DNA from: a virus | Taxonomy: Duplodnaviria; Caudoviricetes | Strand: one strand, 5' to 3' | DNA: 54,417 nucleotides | Virus record (IMG/VR): IMGVR_UViG_3300049893_000864 | Coordinates: 1-54,417 of that record | Shown: positions 10,308 to 21,253 of the stretch, one piece after another | Layout of the letters: the number at the start of each line of letters is the position of its first letter | How positions within the stretch are numbered: position 1 is the stretch's first letter | Program-made: the position numbers and the translations under genes | The notes under the pieces: generated by a model | Seen by the model: the letters and a program-made list of their open reading frames with translations, nothing else | Databases searched by the model: none | Told to the model about the DNA's origin: nothing

Positions 10308-13300
10308 ACAAACGAATGATACCGCTATATCCACTATAGCCGCTATATCCACTATAGCCACTACCAAAAAAACTACTATAGCCGCTATATCCACTATAGC
10401 CGCTACTAAAACCCCAAACCCATTCGTTTGTTAGTTGATAATCTGTTACTCCTGAATAACCACTATAACCACTTGAATTTGACCAAGTAAGATAAGTGCT
10501 TACTACTTTTTGTTTATGTTGACTATTATCCCAAACATCATTGTCAATTTGTTCTACTGTAACATCTGCAAATTGATCAATAGTTGCTACTGGTTCATAA
10601 TTGACCCAATATAAATTGCTTAATGGATCATCTGACCTATATTGATAACCATAATATTGTTGATATAATTGGAAGCGTTGCGGTGAAAATCGTTGCATGT
10701 CCTGCACTTCAAGACTTCCATGCTGATAACCAAGATAAAGCTTAAAAACATCATTAATTGGATTACCATAAGGGTCTTTTCTCGTAAACAAGTCAACCAT
10801 AAGTTGATCCAACATCAAGCTTTGTAGGTCTTGTTTTCCAAGTAATTTGTAACCTGCTGGATGAAGCATAAGCTTGATAACATCCTTATAATCCAATAAG
10901 GACATCGCATCCCATTTATTAGGATCATCCGATAGTACCGATACAGTCTTGATAGAATATGAGAAATCCTGATATTCATGACCATCTTGTAATCTAATAG
11001 TTGGATTGCTCAACATACCAAAATTGGTGTTAAATACTGAAGATTCATTGAACAAATTGTTGTTATGAGCCAACAAATTTGCCCGTGAATATCTAAGGTA
11101 TTTAGCAGTAGCACCACTTGTTAAGCCTACTAAATCTGCATCATTGATTGCAAAGCTAAACTCGTGAAGAAAGTATACAAATGATGGTTTAACTGATGAT
11201 TCATCAACAATAAGGAATCCATCTTCCGTTATGAAGGTATAACTATCAGTAGCATTTTCAATTTCAAGCGTATTAGTTGCTAGATTAAAATCCTCAACAT
11301 ATCCATGAGGACCGGCAGTATAAGCCACTCCAGAATATCCACTATAACCGCTGTAAGCAGAACCACCACTGTATCCAGAAACACCACTGTATCCAGAATA
11401 CCATACATCATAATTATAGTTTGCGTCATATACCAATTCACCACGCTTCAAATCTCCATTTCCAAATTCAGCAATACCTGTGATACATGGTAATACCATT
11501 GGTGTAATATCGTAGTTAATGCCATTGTTAACAATCTCAATAGATTTGATCTTACCTATACTATTAGAGTAAGCTAGGACTCTACCAGAATATCCACTTG
11601 AACTTGTGATTTGCGTTAGTGGAATCTTATCGTATCCAGTTCCTTTTTTCGATTGAATAACTCTTGTAATGATACCAGAATATCCACTTTCACCAAACTT
11701 CATATTTACTGGTGATAAATGACCAGTTCCAGAATATCCTACATCTAATAGGATAACTAATTTGAATGTAGTATAATCTTCATTGCTAAATGGATTAGCA
11801 GATGATGATGATAATTTTGGTCCTACTGTAATATCGTATGCATATGGACCATCGTTTCCAATTGAAACTATAGGCCATTCAATGTATATAGATGGATCAT
11901 TTAGTTTCTCTATCCTCAACTTATAGTCACATTCAATGTTGTTGTTAACTAATATGAAATAAGGTTCAAATGCTTCCGAATAAAATGCGTATATATTCGT
12001 AATTATATGAGTGAATAACTCTTGATCCCCGCCTCCACCAGAACCCTTCCAATACCCATTATTACCATTCATAGTTGGATCGGCTGATGGTGTATACCAA
12101 GTTGTACGATCTAAATCATCAGAATCTAGTACAAAAGGAACCCCCGAATATCCACTTACAGCAGTGATAACTCCACTAACACCAAATACATCAAATCCAA
12201 TACCTGAATATCCTTCTAGTTCAACATAAGGATTGATGTAATTTGATCCACCATCAAGAACCTCAACCTTCTTGATCCTATATGTTAAATTGACAGTAGG
12301 GGCACCACCAGAATAGCCACTATAACCAGATACAAATTGAGTTGGAAGATGGAAATACGGAGTTGAAGTTACAAATTCTCCTCGGCCACTAAATCCAGAA
12401 TAACCACTATGATTGGAAATATCTACACCAGAATATCCAGAAGCAATCGTTCCTCTAACCTTTGTTAACACCAATCCAGAAGTATCTGAGTCCTTTTCTT
12501 CAATCAAGAACCTATATGTTCCGTCTGATAGGGTATTATATCCTGTTGCTCCAGCATCAAGAATTCCATGTTCATTGGCAGAATCAACATCAAATGTAAA
12601 GTATGGTAATCCTGACGTAATTCCAGAGTAACCACTGAATCCAGAGTAACCACTGAATCCAGATGAATTGAAAACTGTCCTAATTACTGGATCAACATAA
12701 TTTGATCCACCATCAAGGATAGTCATTGTCAATGCTGTACCTAACTTACCAAGAGTTCCAGAAGCACCAACTCCATTGACTTGAACATCAATATCAGAAC
12801 ACTCCATATCAGCGGCAGTTAGAAGTGGAACTGGTACTGGCACATTAACTAAGTGTCTAGCCCGAACTTCACCCTTCGTAAAATAGTAGATTCCAGACTT
12901 AGTGAACATAATGCTTGCGTAACCAAGTTCACTTGTACCACTAACAAGAACCTTAACCAATTTAGTTGAAGCATCAGTTACAACGAAATAGATTTCATTG
13001 CCATACCTATCTGTTATACCAAACAGTTTTAAGACATCATCTGTTGTCCAACCATAACCACCATCAATTACTTCAATGGTATCAATTTCCAAAACAACTT
13101 GTCCAGTTGCACCATCTCCATCTACTACAATAACACCCTCTGCACCAGAACCAACACCATCAATATCTACGTATTCAACAAGGTCTCCGTTGTTGTAATT
13201 TGCTCCGGGAAGTTCAACTATGGTTTCTTCAATTCCACCAGTAGAAGTTTCTCCAACCACACATGTAAACCTTGTACCAGAACCATCAACAGTATATACC

Positions 13301-14016
13301 GTATCACCAGAACTATATAGACTACCACCATCGAGAACTTCAACATAAGCAATAACCTTGATCAACGTTAAATCAATATCTCCATCATTGAGATGAATTG
13401 TTATTGGATATGCCTTGTTAAAGGTATGATTACCATTGTTACGAATGGTAAGTTTCCAATAGTTTGAACTATCAATTAGATCGATGAACACTACATTATC
13501 TACAAATGCCTGAGACTTAGTTTCCGGTTGCGAGATTACATCACCTTCAAGAATTGTTGCATCAAAATCCAATTCTGTCGTAGATACAATCATCTGAATT
13601 GATGAAAAGAAGTCATTATCAGAACCACGGATGATATGATTCTTACCATAATCTAATGATGCATCAATATTGTAGAACTTGTCGAAGATATATTTGAATG
13701 AGTTTTCTGTACCCTTTGCCAAATACAACTCTCTCATGAATTTCAAAAATAGCCGCTCATCAAACGGAACTAACGTATTCTCCATACCAGTTGGTAGAAT
13801 ACGTTTTTCAATCTGCTCAATTGATTCTTCATCAGTTCTATCAACATCAAATCTATCATCTAATTTGCGAAGAACATCCAAAGGATACCCTTCTTGTTCC
13901 AAGAATTGATAGTATGCCTTTAGGAATTTGGCAAAGTTGGGAGCCTCATAATTGATAGCATCAGGTATCTGCCTGATTACAACTGAGGATACTTTAGGTT
14001 TGACTGATAATGTCAT
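10306..14016 (-). CDS. gp7: Baseplate wedge initiator, gp7-like, with inserted SGYSG repeats
   Basis: FLKAYYQFLE, LYLAKGTENSFKYIF, LQDGHEYQDFSY, MLHPAGYKL motifs; lies between gp6 and gp8. Confidence 0.8.
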   Translation of the reverse strand: MTLSVKPKVSSVVIRQIPDAINYEAPNFAKFLKAYYQFLEQEGYPLDVLRKLDDRFDVDRTDEESIEQIEKRILPTGMENTLVPFDERLFLKFMRELYLAKGTENSFKYIFDKFYNIDASLDYGKNHIIRGSDNDFFSSIQMIVSTTELDFDATILEGDVISQPETKSQAFVDNVVFIDLIDSSNYWKLTIRNNGNHTFNKAYPITIHLNDGDIDLTLIKVIAYVEVLDGGSLYSSGDTVYTVDGSGTRFTCVVGETSTGGIEETIVELPGANYNNGDLVEYVDIDGVGSGAEGVIVVDGDGATGQVVLEIDTIEVIDGGYGWTTDDVLKLFGITDRYGNEIYFVVTDASTKLVKVLVSGTSELGYASIMFTKSGIYYFTKGEVRARHLVNVPVPVPLLTAADMECSDIDVQVNGVGASGTLGKLGTALTMTILDGGSNYVDPVIRTVFNSSGFSGYSGFSGYSGITSGLPYFTFDVDSANEHGILDAGATGYNTLSDGTYRFLIEEKDSDTSGLVLTKVRGTIASGYSGVDISNHSGYSGFSGRGEFVTSTPYFHLPTQFVSGYSGYSGGAPTVNLTYRIKKVEVLDGGSNYINPYVELEGYSGIGFDVFGVSGVITAVSGYSGVPFVLDSDDLDRTTWYTPSADPTMNGNNGYWKGSGGGGDQELFTHIITNIYAFYSEAFEPYFILVNNNIECDYKLRIEKLNDPSIYIEWPIVSIGNDGPYAYDITVGPKLSSSSANPFSNEDYTTFKLVILLDVGYSGTGHLSPVNMKFGESGYSGIITRVIQSKKGTGYDKIPLTQITSSSGYSGRVLAYSNSIGKIKSIEIVNNGINYDITPMVLPCITGIAEFGNGDLKRGELVYDANYNYDVWYSGYSGVSGYSGGSAYSGYSGYSGVAYTAGPHGYVEDFNLATNTLEIENATDSYTFITEDGFLIVDESSVKPSFVYFLHEFSFAINDADLVGLTSGATAKYLRYSRANLLAHNNNLFNESSVFNTNFGMLSNPTIRLQDGHEYQDFSYSIKTVSVLSDDPNKWDAMSLLDYKDVIKLMLHPAGYKLLGKQDLQSLMLDQLMVDLFTRKDPYGNPINDVFKLYLGYQHGSLEVQDMQRFSPQRFQLYQQYYGYQYRSDDPLSNLYWVNYEPVATIDQFADVTVEQIDNDVWDNSQHKQKVVSTYLTWSNSSGYSGYSGVTDYQLTNEWVWGFSSGYSGYSGYSSFFGSGYSGYSGYSGYSGIIRL

Positions 14017-15842
14017 TGTGCGATAGTAGATTGAATTAGATTGATTTTGGTATCTTCATCATTGATTTTCAAAATGTTGCTCTGTGCGCTGAATAAATTC
14101 TTGCCGAGAGGAATCATGTAAAGGTTAACTTGATCACCAGAAAAAGCTGTAACGTTCAATGATTGAATAGATACAATACCATTGACGTAATCCACTGTTC
14201 CAACGTTCTTCAATTCAGCAAATGTTCCATCAGTTAGAGTATGACCAATTATCATGTTATTACCAACGTTCTTCAAAATGATGTCTACACCATAACCCAT
14301 ATCGAATTTATCACTGAAAATCGATCCATCTTTCTGTTGAATTTGATTGTTGAAAACGATGGTATAAAGTCTACTCTTATTCACTTCTACCTTCATATCC
14401 TTATACACAACCAAATTGGTATCATTTCCGATAATCGAATTATGTACGCTATCAATCATTGCCTCAAACTTGGAAATCATTAATGGGTTGCCAAATTCCG
14501 ATAGAGTATTGTCACTATAATTGGAAATGGCAGTTCGAATCAATTCTTCAAGATTAATGTTCTTAGCAATAGAAGATGGAGTGAAATAGACATTAGATGT
14601 TACCTTAACGTTTAAGTATTCTGGTTCAACAAAGATCACCCTCATATTCATGACTGACTTCTCTTTCAACAATGTTCTAATTTGTTGCTTTTCAATCTCA
14701 GTTAGGAAGTTTTGGGTAGTTGGCTCAATACAAATGAAAACTGAGTTATATTGGATAGGAACATTTTCTTCTCCACCCCAAACCCGAATAGATTTGATAT
14801 TGTAGAAGTTGTCCATAATCAAACGTTTGTAGTCGAATGCCGTCACCGCCCGGTTTTGAACTGGATAGTTCATAGAAGCATTATAGCGAATAGTTTCAAT
14901 ATCTTCAGGGTCTTTACCACCAGAAGATGCACGACCAGTTGGATTGCTATCATCTATAACCAGTGTTGTTGATGTTCCATTGGGAACTACCTGCATTCCA
15001 TTATCGATTATTTGCTCGGCTAAAACAAAAACTCTTGCTCCATTGCCAATCTTTCCATTAGTAGTCATATATTCAACTGTAACCACCTGTCCCGGAGTTG
15101 GAATAGCACCAGTTGTAGTTCCATTTCCAAAGAAAATTTCAGTCTTGTCATTCTCAGCTTCTTGAGTGAAGAAAACTTGATTATCTTCTTGGATATTCAT
15201 CAGGGTTGATGAGTGGTGGTAAATGTTAGAATTGAATGAATTACCAGTATCATAAACCCGCATAACAATTGATGATACATCAACTTTTGCATTTGGAATG
15301 AGATACTTCAAAGTATGATCAATAACACCCGGATCATCTTCTGATGGGATCATATTCCATGAGAAGGTGAAGAACTCACCTTCGATCAACTCAACATTTG
15401 AAAACGTACATTCGTCGTTAGAGATAGTTGCATAATAGTCATTAGCAGTAACAAAAGTCATCTGCTTATTGTTGATGCTTGTGTTAAATTTAGTTCCACG
15501 CCTCATTCTTAATGAAGTGCCAATATTATCTCCTATAATATCATTGACCTCAACATCTACATATGCTCTTGCACCAAACCATCCTTGTGGGCGATAGCCA
15601 AGTCCTTTAGCGTGACTCAATACACTTGCTCTCTTGATAGCAGTATCAAGGAACATTTCATTGGCGACCATGTTAGCATACACTGAATTGTAGTGTGTGT
15701 TATATGCAAGAACATCGAGCAGATAACTTAATCCTGATGCTTCAAAATCATAGTCCGTGAAGTCAGAATGACTTCGCATCCACTCCTTCAAATTGGCCTT
15801 GATGTCCTCAAAGTTTAATGGGGCTACGTTTAGGGTTGTCAT
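14013..15842 (-). CDS. gp6: Baseplate wedge subunit gp6
   Basis: LNFEDIKANLK, FTDYDFEASGLSYLLDVLAYNTHYN, QNRAVTAFDY, VWGGEEN. Confidence 0.95.
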   Translation of the reverse strand: MTTLNVAPLNFEDIKANLKEWMRSHSDFTDYDFEASGLSYLLDVLAYNTHYNSVYANMVANEMFLDTAIKRASVLSHAKGLGYRPQGWFGARAYVDVEVNDIIGDNIGTSLRMRRGTKFNTSINNKQMTFVTANDYYATISNDECTFSNVELIEGEFFTFSWNMIPSEDDPGVIDHTLKYLIPNAKVDVSSIVMRVYDTGNSFNSNIYHHSSTLMNIQEDNQVFFTQEAENDKTEIFFGNGTTTGAIPTPGQVVTVEYMTTNGKIGNGARVFVLAEQIIDNGMQVVPNGTSTTLVIDDSNPTGRASSGGKDPEDIETIRYNASMNYPVQNRAVTAFDYKRLIMDNFYNIKSIRVWGGEENVPIQYNSVFICIEPTTQNFLTEIEKQQIRTLLKEKSVMNMRVIFVEPEYLNVKVTSNVYFTPSSIAKNINLEELIRTAISNYSDNTLSEFGNPLMISKFEAMIDSVHNSIIGNDTNLVVYKDMKVEVNKSRLYTIVFNNQIQQKDGSIFSDKFDMGYGVDIILKNVGNNMIIGHTLTDGTFAELKNVGTVDYVNGIVSIQSLNVTAFSGDQVNLYMIPLGKNLFSAQSNILKINDEDTKINLIQSTIAQ

Positions 15843-16234
15843 CTAATTCGTTCCAGTTTAACAGTTACTTGTATGATTTGGTTTGGTTTTTCATTGATTA
15901 CAAATGCAATTGTTATGTTAACACCACCCATGAAATCCGGTTGATCGTCTACCACTACATTCGTAACTGTAATTCGTGGTTCCCAACGCTCAAGTTCTTG
16001 TTTCAATAATTTTGATGCCATTATTCTCGTAAATGGCGTTATCAACTCAAATAGGATGTTTTCAACATCTGATCCAAATAACGGGTTGAAAAGCTTCTCA
16101 CCCTTCCTTGTTCTAAGGATGTTTCTTATTGCTCCTTTGATTGCATCCTCATCAAATCGTCTTACAACGTCCAATGAGTTTGGATGCTTCAAAAATTGCT
16201 CATTTAAGTCTGAGTAAATGAATGTCTTTGCCAT
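15839..16234 (-). CDS. gp25: Baseplate wedge subunit gp25
   Basis: AIKGAIRNILRTRKGEKLFNPLFGS...WEPRI. Confidence 0.95.
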   Translation of the reverse strand: MAKTFIYSDLNEQFLKHPNSLDVVRRFDEDAIKGAIRNILRTRKGEKLFNPLFGSDVENILFELITPFTRIMASKLLKQELERWEPRITVTNVVVDDQPDFMGGVNITIAFVINEKPNQIIQVTVKLERIR

Positions 16235-16240
16235 ACGTTC

Positions 16241-16248
16241 TATTTATC
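16241..16248 (-). promoter_or_regulatory. T4-type late promoter (GATAAATA)
   Basis: Immediately upstream of gp25. Confidence 0.5.
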
Positions 16249-16249
16249 C

Positions 16250-19090
16250 TTATGCGACCGATAGCTTACGATCAAACATTCTTTGAAGGGTTGAATCACC
16301 TGATCTTGGATCACCAGCACCAACATACTTGTCATTTGATTGATTAACGTTTGTAGTTGGTGCATTAACAATCGTATTGTTCTGAGTAGGGGCAGTTTTT
16401 GACGATACTGTAGGAACAATCGCTTGTGGATTCTTCATTGGTGAAGGAGCAACAGTTGGAGTACCACTTACACTTGGAGTTGTCAATGATGAACTAGATG
16501 CAGCAACAGGTGTTGGAGCAACTGCATCTGATCTTCCTGTATCAAACTCACCTAATGGCGAAACATTCTTTTCAGGCTCGCCTTGACTACCACCAGAATT
16601 TTTAGATGCTGATGGACTTACAGATTCTTGATTTCCGCCAATAGGTGTTGGAGTTGACATTGATTTCTTATCATCTCCTCCAAGGTCTTGAATTCTACCA
16701 TTTCTTAGGCTAACATTGAATCCTTCATGATTTCTCATTGTTGCCATCAATGCTTCACGTTCTTCTGATGAATATTCAGACATTTTCTTATCAGCACCAA
16801 CGGCATTGATCATCACCTTTTGATATACTTTGGTGTTATTCTCATTCGGCGGTGCCCATTTATGAACAGCTTCACTCAAAGTCAACTTTTGATAGGTTGG
16901 ACCAAAGAACAAATCTTCTTGAGCCTTCTTACCAATTGCAAGAGATGGAAATACGGCAAAACCGCCCTTATCACCACCAACAGCACCATGTTTTGCAGCC
17001 CAGCTATTAGCACCATTATAACGAATGTTACCCGGATTGTTGTTACGCCACGCAACTGTACCAGTTTTACGAATGGTCTTTCCACCCCATGTTTTAACAA
17101 CAATGTAACCTTTACCAGATTCAACGACTGACTCAATAGTGTTCAAATCATCACCAGTTTCGTTTTCTTTTGGAATGATTGCACTAGCAATACTACTACC
17201 ACTTGTCGCCGCCGGTTTCTTCAGATCAGAAGCAGTTTTTGATGATAAATTAATTCGATTGTAGTTAGAAACTACTCCTATACCAGCACCAATAGCGCCG
17301 CCAACAGCACCGCCAACCGCTGCACCAACTGGACCAAGGAACATGCCAACAGATGCACCTAATCCTGCTCCAGAAAGTGCAGAACTTGCAATATCAGTAG
17401 TAGCCGCTTTATTGTTAGCTACACGTTTTTCTTCTTCTGTGGCACCTGATTTATTAGCTTCTTCTTCATAATGCTCAGTAGCTTTATCTAATGCCCATCC
17501 ACCAGCTATACCTAATGCTGCACCAAATAAACCACCACCAACTCTACCAATTTTTTTGAGCCAACTACCCTTACCAGTTGGTTTTGGTTCAACTGGTTGA
17601 CCAGTCTTAGGATCAACTTTTGTTGGTACTTCACCAGCACCGCCCGGAATCGATGGTTCTACAGTTGGACCTCTTGGAGTCCTACGAACTCCCGGTGCAT
17701 CACCGCCCGGAATCGATGGTTCTACAGTTGGACCTCTTGGAGTCCTACGAACTCCCGGTGCATCACCGCCCGGAATCGATGGTTCTACAGTTGGACCTCT
17801 TGGAGTCCTACGAACTCCCGGTGCATCACCAGACGGTGTTCTTCCAGCATTCCTAGTTTCACGTATTCTAGTAGCCCGATCAATCATTCTACCACCAAAG
17901 TTAGTTAATGCTTTGATACCAAATAACTTTCCAAGCATCATCAAAAGTTTACCACCCATCGTTAAGATAGCTGGTACAATCATCATAATAGCAGCTAGAA
18001 TTTTTGATAGGAATCCATCTTCCTTTTTAGTAACTTCCTTACGAGTATTCTTCTCAATTTTCTTGAGAAGATCAAGCATCTTTTCATTCTCACGATTCTT
18101 CTTCAAGATAGTTTCAGTTTGAGACGTTTTTGCTACTGGAGATTCGCTACTACGCTTAAGCCTATTTGCTACAGATTCCTTAAATCTGGCCCATAATGAA
18201 GGTTTCTTTGGTGAAGTTTTAGTAGTCTCTTGGTCTCTTTTAATATCTTGAAGAACTGATTCCTGACCTTCTTGTTGTCCTTCTTCAGCACCTTCAGGAG
18301 AAGATTGTTCTGATCTTTTGTTTTGATCCTTATCCTCTTCTTTTTCCTTTGCTGCCCGTTGTTCTTTGCTATACTGAATAACACCCTTAGTAAACAAAGC
18401 TGCTCCAGCAGCAAGACCAAACAAACTCTTGTGTTGATGCGCTCCCATCAAAAAGGCACCACCTGCGGCTATTGCTGCATTCTTGCCTATTTGCCTTGCA
18501 ATCGATCCCTTCTTTTCAGGCGGTCTTTCAGTTGTAGGTTTCTTATTCTGTTTCCTAATTCCAGATGGCCCTTCATTTGGATTAAAGACTTCTGGGGTTT
18601 CAGGTGAAGATGATTCAGGTAATGGAGCATTACTACTGACTTTATCATCCAGTAATCCAAGAATATCTACCATGACATATTCAGGATCACCATTAGGTGA
18701 CATGAAGTAATTTTTCAAATTATCATATTGTTCTTCCTTCAATGAAGCAAAATTTTGGAAGTGACGAAGAATACCATTCGGTCCTTTATACAACTTATCT
18801 TCCCAAATACTCATCATGTTAACAATAAGTTGTTCCATCATGTTTCGCTTACTGCCCATCTTGAACTTCTTAAAGACAGCAGAATCCATCATATGAAGTG
18901 TTAAGTACTTCTTCACATTCTTTCTGAAGTACGCTTCATATGCTTTTTCAAGCATAGTCTTAGCCAAACCGATTTGTAGTTTACGGTTTGGTTTCATGAA
19001 TTCACCATCTAACCAATCAAAGAAATCAGTAAATTCCTTGCTGGTATAGGTTTCCTTCACTTTCTTAGGCGATTTCTTTGTATTGGTCAT
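16250..19090 (-). CDS. Tape-measure/baseplate-hub (gp29-position) protein with a lysozyme-like RNNNPGNIR domain
   Basis: 946 aa; low-complexity helical/TM segments; AWRNNNPGNIR...FAVFPS...KWAPPNENNT domain; C-terminal NNTIVNAPTTNVN; follows gp51. Confidence 0.7.
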   Translation of the reverse strand: MTNTKKSPKKVKETYTSKEFTDFFDWLDGEFMKPNRKLQIGLAKTMLEKAYEAYFRKNVKKYLTLHMMDSAVFKKFKMGSKRNMMEQLIVNMMSIWEDKLYKGPNGILRHFQNFASLKEEQYDNLKNYFMSPNGDPEYVMVDILGLLDDKVSSNAPLPESSSPETPEVFNPNEGPSGIRKQNKKPTTERPPEKKGSIARQIGKNAAIAAGGAFLMGAHQHKSLFGLAAGAALFTKGVIQYSKEQRAAKEKEEDKDQNKRSEQSSPEGAEEGQQEGQESVLQDIKRDQETTKTSPKKPSLWARFKESVANRLKRSSESPVAKTSQTETILKKNRENEKMLDLLKKIEKNTRKEVTKKEDGFLSKILAAIMMIVPAILTMGGKLLMMLGKLFGIKALTNFGGRMIDRATRIRETRNAGRTPSGDAPGVRRTPRGPTVEPSIPGGDAPGVRRTPRGPTVEPSIPGGDAPGVRRTPRGPTVEPSIPGGAGEVPTKVDPKTGQPVEPKPTGKGSWLKKIGRVGGGLFGAALGIAGGWALDKATEHYEEEANKSGATEEEKRVANNKAATTDIASSALSGAGLGASVGMFLGPVGAAVGGAVGGAIGAGIGVVSNYNRINLSSKTASDLKKPAATSGSSIASAIIPKENETGDDLNTIESVVESGKGYIVVKTWGGKTIRKTGTVAWRNNNPGNIRYNGANSWAAKHGAVGGDKGGFAVFPSLAIGKKAQEDLFFGPTYQKLTLSEAVHKWAPPNENNTKVYQKVMINAVGADKKMSEYSSEEREALMATMRNHEGFNVSLRNGRIQDLGGDDKKSMSTPTPIGGNQESVSPSASKNSGGSQGEPEKNVSPLGEFDTGRSDAVAPTPVAASSSSLTTPSVSGTPTVAPSPMKNPQAIVPTVSSKTAPTQNNTIVNAPTTNVNQSNDKYVGAGDPRSGDSTLQRMFDRKLSVA
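17638..17826. repeat. Three perfect 63-bp tandem repeats (21-aa unit DAPGVRRTPRGPTVEPSIPGG)
   Basis: Units start at 17638, 17701 and 17764 and are identical at DNA level. Confidence 0.97.
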
Positions 19091-19262
19091 TCCTGTGTTC
19101 TTGCTCTTCTTCTTTCAACCGTTGAATCAACAAGGTAACATAAACATCACGCTCCCACGGCATCATTCCCTCAAGTTCTTCAAGTCTCATATTGTGAAAG
19201 TACATCAAATTGAAGTTGGTTCTTACATAATCCTCTAATGTATCATGGGATGATACCATCAA
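19065..19262 (-). CDS. gp51: Baseplate hub assembly catalyst gp51
   Basis: LEDYVRTNFNLMYFH...LEGMMPWERDVYVTLL. Confidence 0.9.
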   Translation of the reverse strand: MMVSSHDTLEDYVRTNFNLMYFHNMRLEELEGMMPWERDVYVTLLIQRLKEEEQEHRNDQYKEIA

Positions 19263-19957
19263 TCGAAAAAATTGTCGATGCCCTCTGTTCTGATGTTAAT
19301 GTCACTCCCACATGATTTACATTTCGCTACATCCTCATATATGATCTTTGGCAATGAATCGATCCATTCACCAATCATAGCAACTTGGCCTTCGGTTAGG
19401 TTATCGAGCCAATCCATTAATTCTGCATGAGTCAAATCCTCTGCGGCAAATACCTTATCCTTCATTGTAATCGACTCAATCATACCAGCAGTTACGGCTA
19501 GTGCAGCATTCTGTTCAGTTGCATCCTTTAGATACCGCACGGTATTAATCGTTGGATGTCTCATAGTCACAATAGTAGTTGTATCGACCTTGATATGTTC
19601 AGACTTCGGTTCAGAAGTGATCTTCGTTTTACTCAAGTCGATAATGTATGGTTGTTCATGATTGCATGATGAACAATTAATCGTAGCTTCAATCTGTGAT
19701 CCAATCGATTGTTCTCTTACCTTAATGAACAAAAATTCAGTATCCGCAATTGGAAGCTTGGCTATATTCACTTTGCCAAATGTGCATAGTTCTAGCACTT
19801 GTGCAATAGCCGTTGAGATTTCCTCAATGTTGTTACCTTCCCTTGCAAGAAGCATGATCTTTTCTTCCCGCATAACGAAAGGACGGTATTTGATCTTCTG
19901 TCCTGAAACTGGAAGTGTCAAATTGTAAGTAGGTAGGGTTGGTGCTGGTAAAGGCAT
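19259..19957 (-). CDS. gp26: Baseplate hub subunit gp26
   Basis: MPLP..TLPTYNLTLPVSGQKIKYRPFVMREEKIML; two CxxC motifs; EGIDNFF end. Confidence 0.92.
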   Translation of the reverse strand: MPLPAPTLPTYNLTLPVSGQKIKYRPFVMREEKIMLLAREGNNIEEISTAIAQVLELCTFGKVNIAKLPIADTEFLFIKVREQSIGSQIEATINCSSCNHEQPYIIDLSKTKITSEPKSEHIKVDTTTIVTMRHPTINTVRYLKDATEQNAALAVTAGMIESITMKDKVFAAEDLTHAELMDWLDNLTEGQVAMIGEWIDSLPKIIYEDVAKCKSCGSDINIRTEGIDNFFD

Positions 19958-19967
19958 ATTATCTCCA

Positions 19968-20537
19968 TTAAGAAGTAACGAGTTCTTCAGTCATTTTTTC
20001 GTATGCAAATGTAATTGGTATGGTCGAAACATTTCCACCTGATGATGCACCAAATGAAACATCACCAATCATTTTCGGCCATGCATTTACTATGGTTACA
20101 TCATATTTACGCTGATCCATTTTGTTCAGTGCGTAAATAGTTATTTTTGGTGCTACATAATCATCAAAGAAGCTAATTCCATGACCCTCAGTTGAGTAAA
20201 TTGCTTTCCACCACTTTGTAAAGTAGTCACGAACCAAGTTCTTTTCGTCCAAGTAGAAAGTCAAGGTAACAGGATCATAACTGATACCATACGGCATTTC
20301 GAATGGTGCTTCTTCTAGTCTAATTGGGGAACTCAAAAGATTGCGGGCAGGAAAACTAACAGACGCACAGTATAATTCAACCATATTAATGTGTTCTTGA
20401 GGAAGAACTGTTGGTGGGTGAAAGAATACCTCATATCTGGTATCAAACTGTGCCCTGTACTTCTTATTGATAGCCTCAGTAAATTTACCCAACGATGAAG
20501 TTGGTTGGGAATTATTAGATGGACCTGATAGCGGCAT
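19968..20537 (-). CDS. gp54: Baseplate tail-tube initiator, gp54-like (tail-tube fold)
   Basis: CASVSFPARNL, PYGISYDPVTLTFY, NAWPK, ITFAYE. Confidence 0.75.
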   Translation of the reverse strand: MPLSGPSNNSQPTSSLGKFTEAINKKYRAQFDTRYEVFFHPPTVLPQEHINMVELYCASVSFPARNLLSSPIRLEEAPFEMPYGISYDPVTLTFYLDEKNLVRDYFTKWWKAIYSTEGHGISFFDDYVAPKITIYALNKMDQRKYDVTIVNAWPKMIGDVSFGASSGGNVSTIPITFAYEKMTEELVTS

Positions 20538-20538
20538 G

Positions 20539-21135
20539 TTATCTTACTTTCCTTGTTGAATCTCGCCAAACGGCTGATGATGTTGCTTTCTGGAATCCTT
20601 CCAATGGTAACATCGTAACCACCGGCCAATCAATAGACGGAATGTGAACGAACTTACTTCTAACATGACTGAATAGATACCGCTTCACACAAGGTTGAAC
20701 TTCACGCAATCGAGATACATGTCCAATCATTTCCCATGAAAAACGAAGGTACTGAACGTTTCCATCACCTTTTGTAGTAACAGCAAAAGCCATTAACTTA
20801 TCGAGTAAGTTTAATCGCATGGTATAACTTAGGTAATGAAGATTCAAACCAATGAAACTGTAACCATCCATGTTGAATGGGAGAACCAACGGGAACTTGT
20901 CATAGTATGGCAACTTCTCTTTAGTCAATGGATCATACATGAATGCATACATGTGACCGGGCATTACATCAGTACTCAAAGTAGCTTTCTTGTCATTCAA
21001 TAATGAACGATAGTTGATTTGTGCAGAACCGATCAATTCTTGGACTTTTGTCCTGAACCACTGAGCAGACCTCCGTGGTGAGTATTGACGATCTTGACGA
21101 ATCGTTTCAGCAATAGATAAAGGCTTGATAGGCAT
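20539..21135 (-). CDS. gp2: DNA end protector protein gp2
   Basis: YDPLTKEKLPYYDKFPLV, FIGLNLHYL, PCVKRYLFSHVRS, LPLEGFQKA..VWRDS. Confidence 0.95.
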   Translation of the reverse strand: MPIKPLSIAETIRQDRQYSPRRSAQWFRTKVQELIGSAQINYRSLLNDKKATLSTDVMPGHMYAFMYDPLTKEKLPYYDKFPLVLPFNMDGYSFIGLNLHYLSYTMRLNLLDKLMAFAVTTKGDGNVQYLRFSWEMIGHVSRLREVQPCVKRYLFSHVRSKFVHIPSIDWPVVTMLPLEGFQKATSSAVWRDSTRKVR

Positions 21136-21161
21136 AATGGATTTTCTGTTGAGTCATAATC

Positions 21162-21169
21162 TATTTATG
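21162..21169 (-). promoter_or_regulatory. T4-type late promoter (CATAAATA)
   Basis: Upstream of gp2, just after the island terminator. Confidence 0.6.
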
Positions 21170-21204
21170 CTTCTTAAAACGCTATTTTTGGGGAATTTTG
21201 GACG

Positions 21205-21230
21205 AAAAAAATGGGCCATTTCTGGCCCAT
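21205..21230 (-). terminator. Rho-independent terminator closing the early island
   Basis: atgggcca-tttc-tggcccat hairpin followed by a U7 tract on the minus strand. Confidence 0.85.
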
Positions 21231-21253
21231 AAGGAAAAATTTAGGATTTGAAA

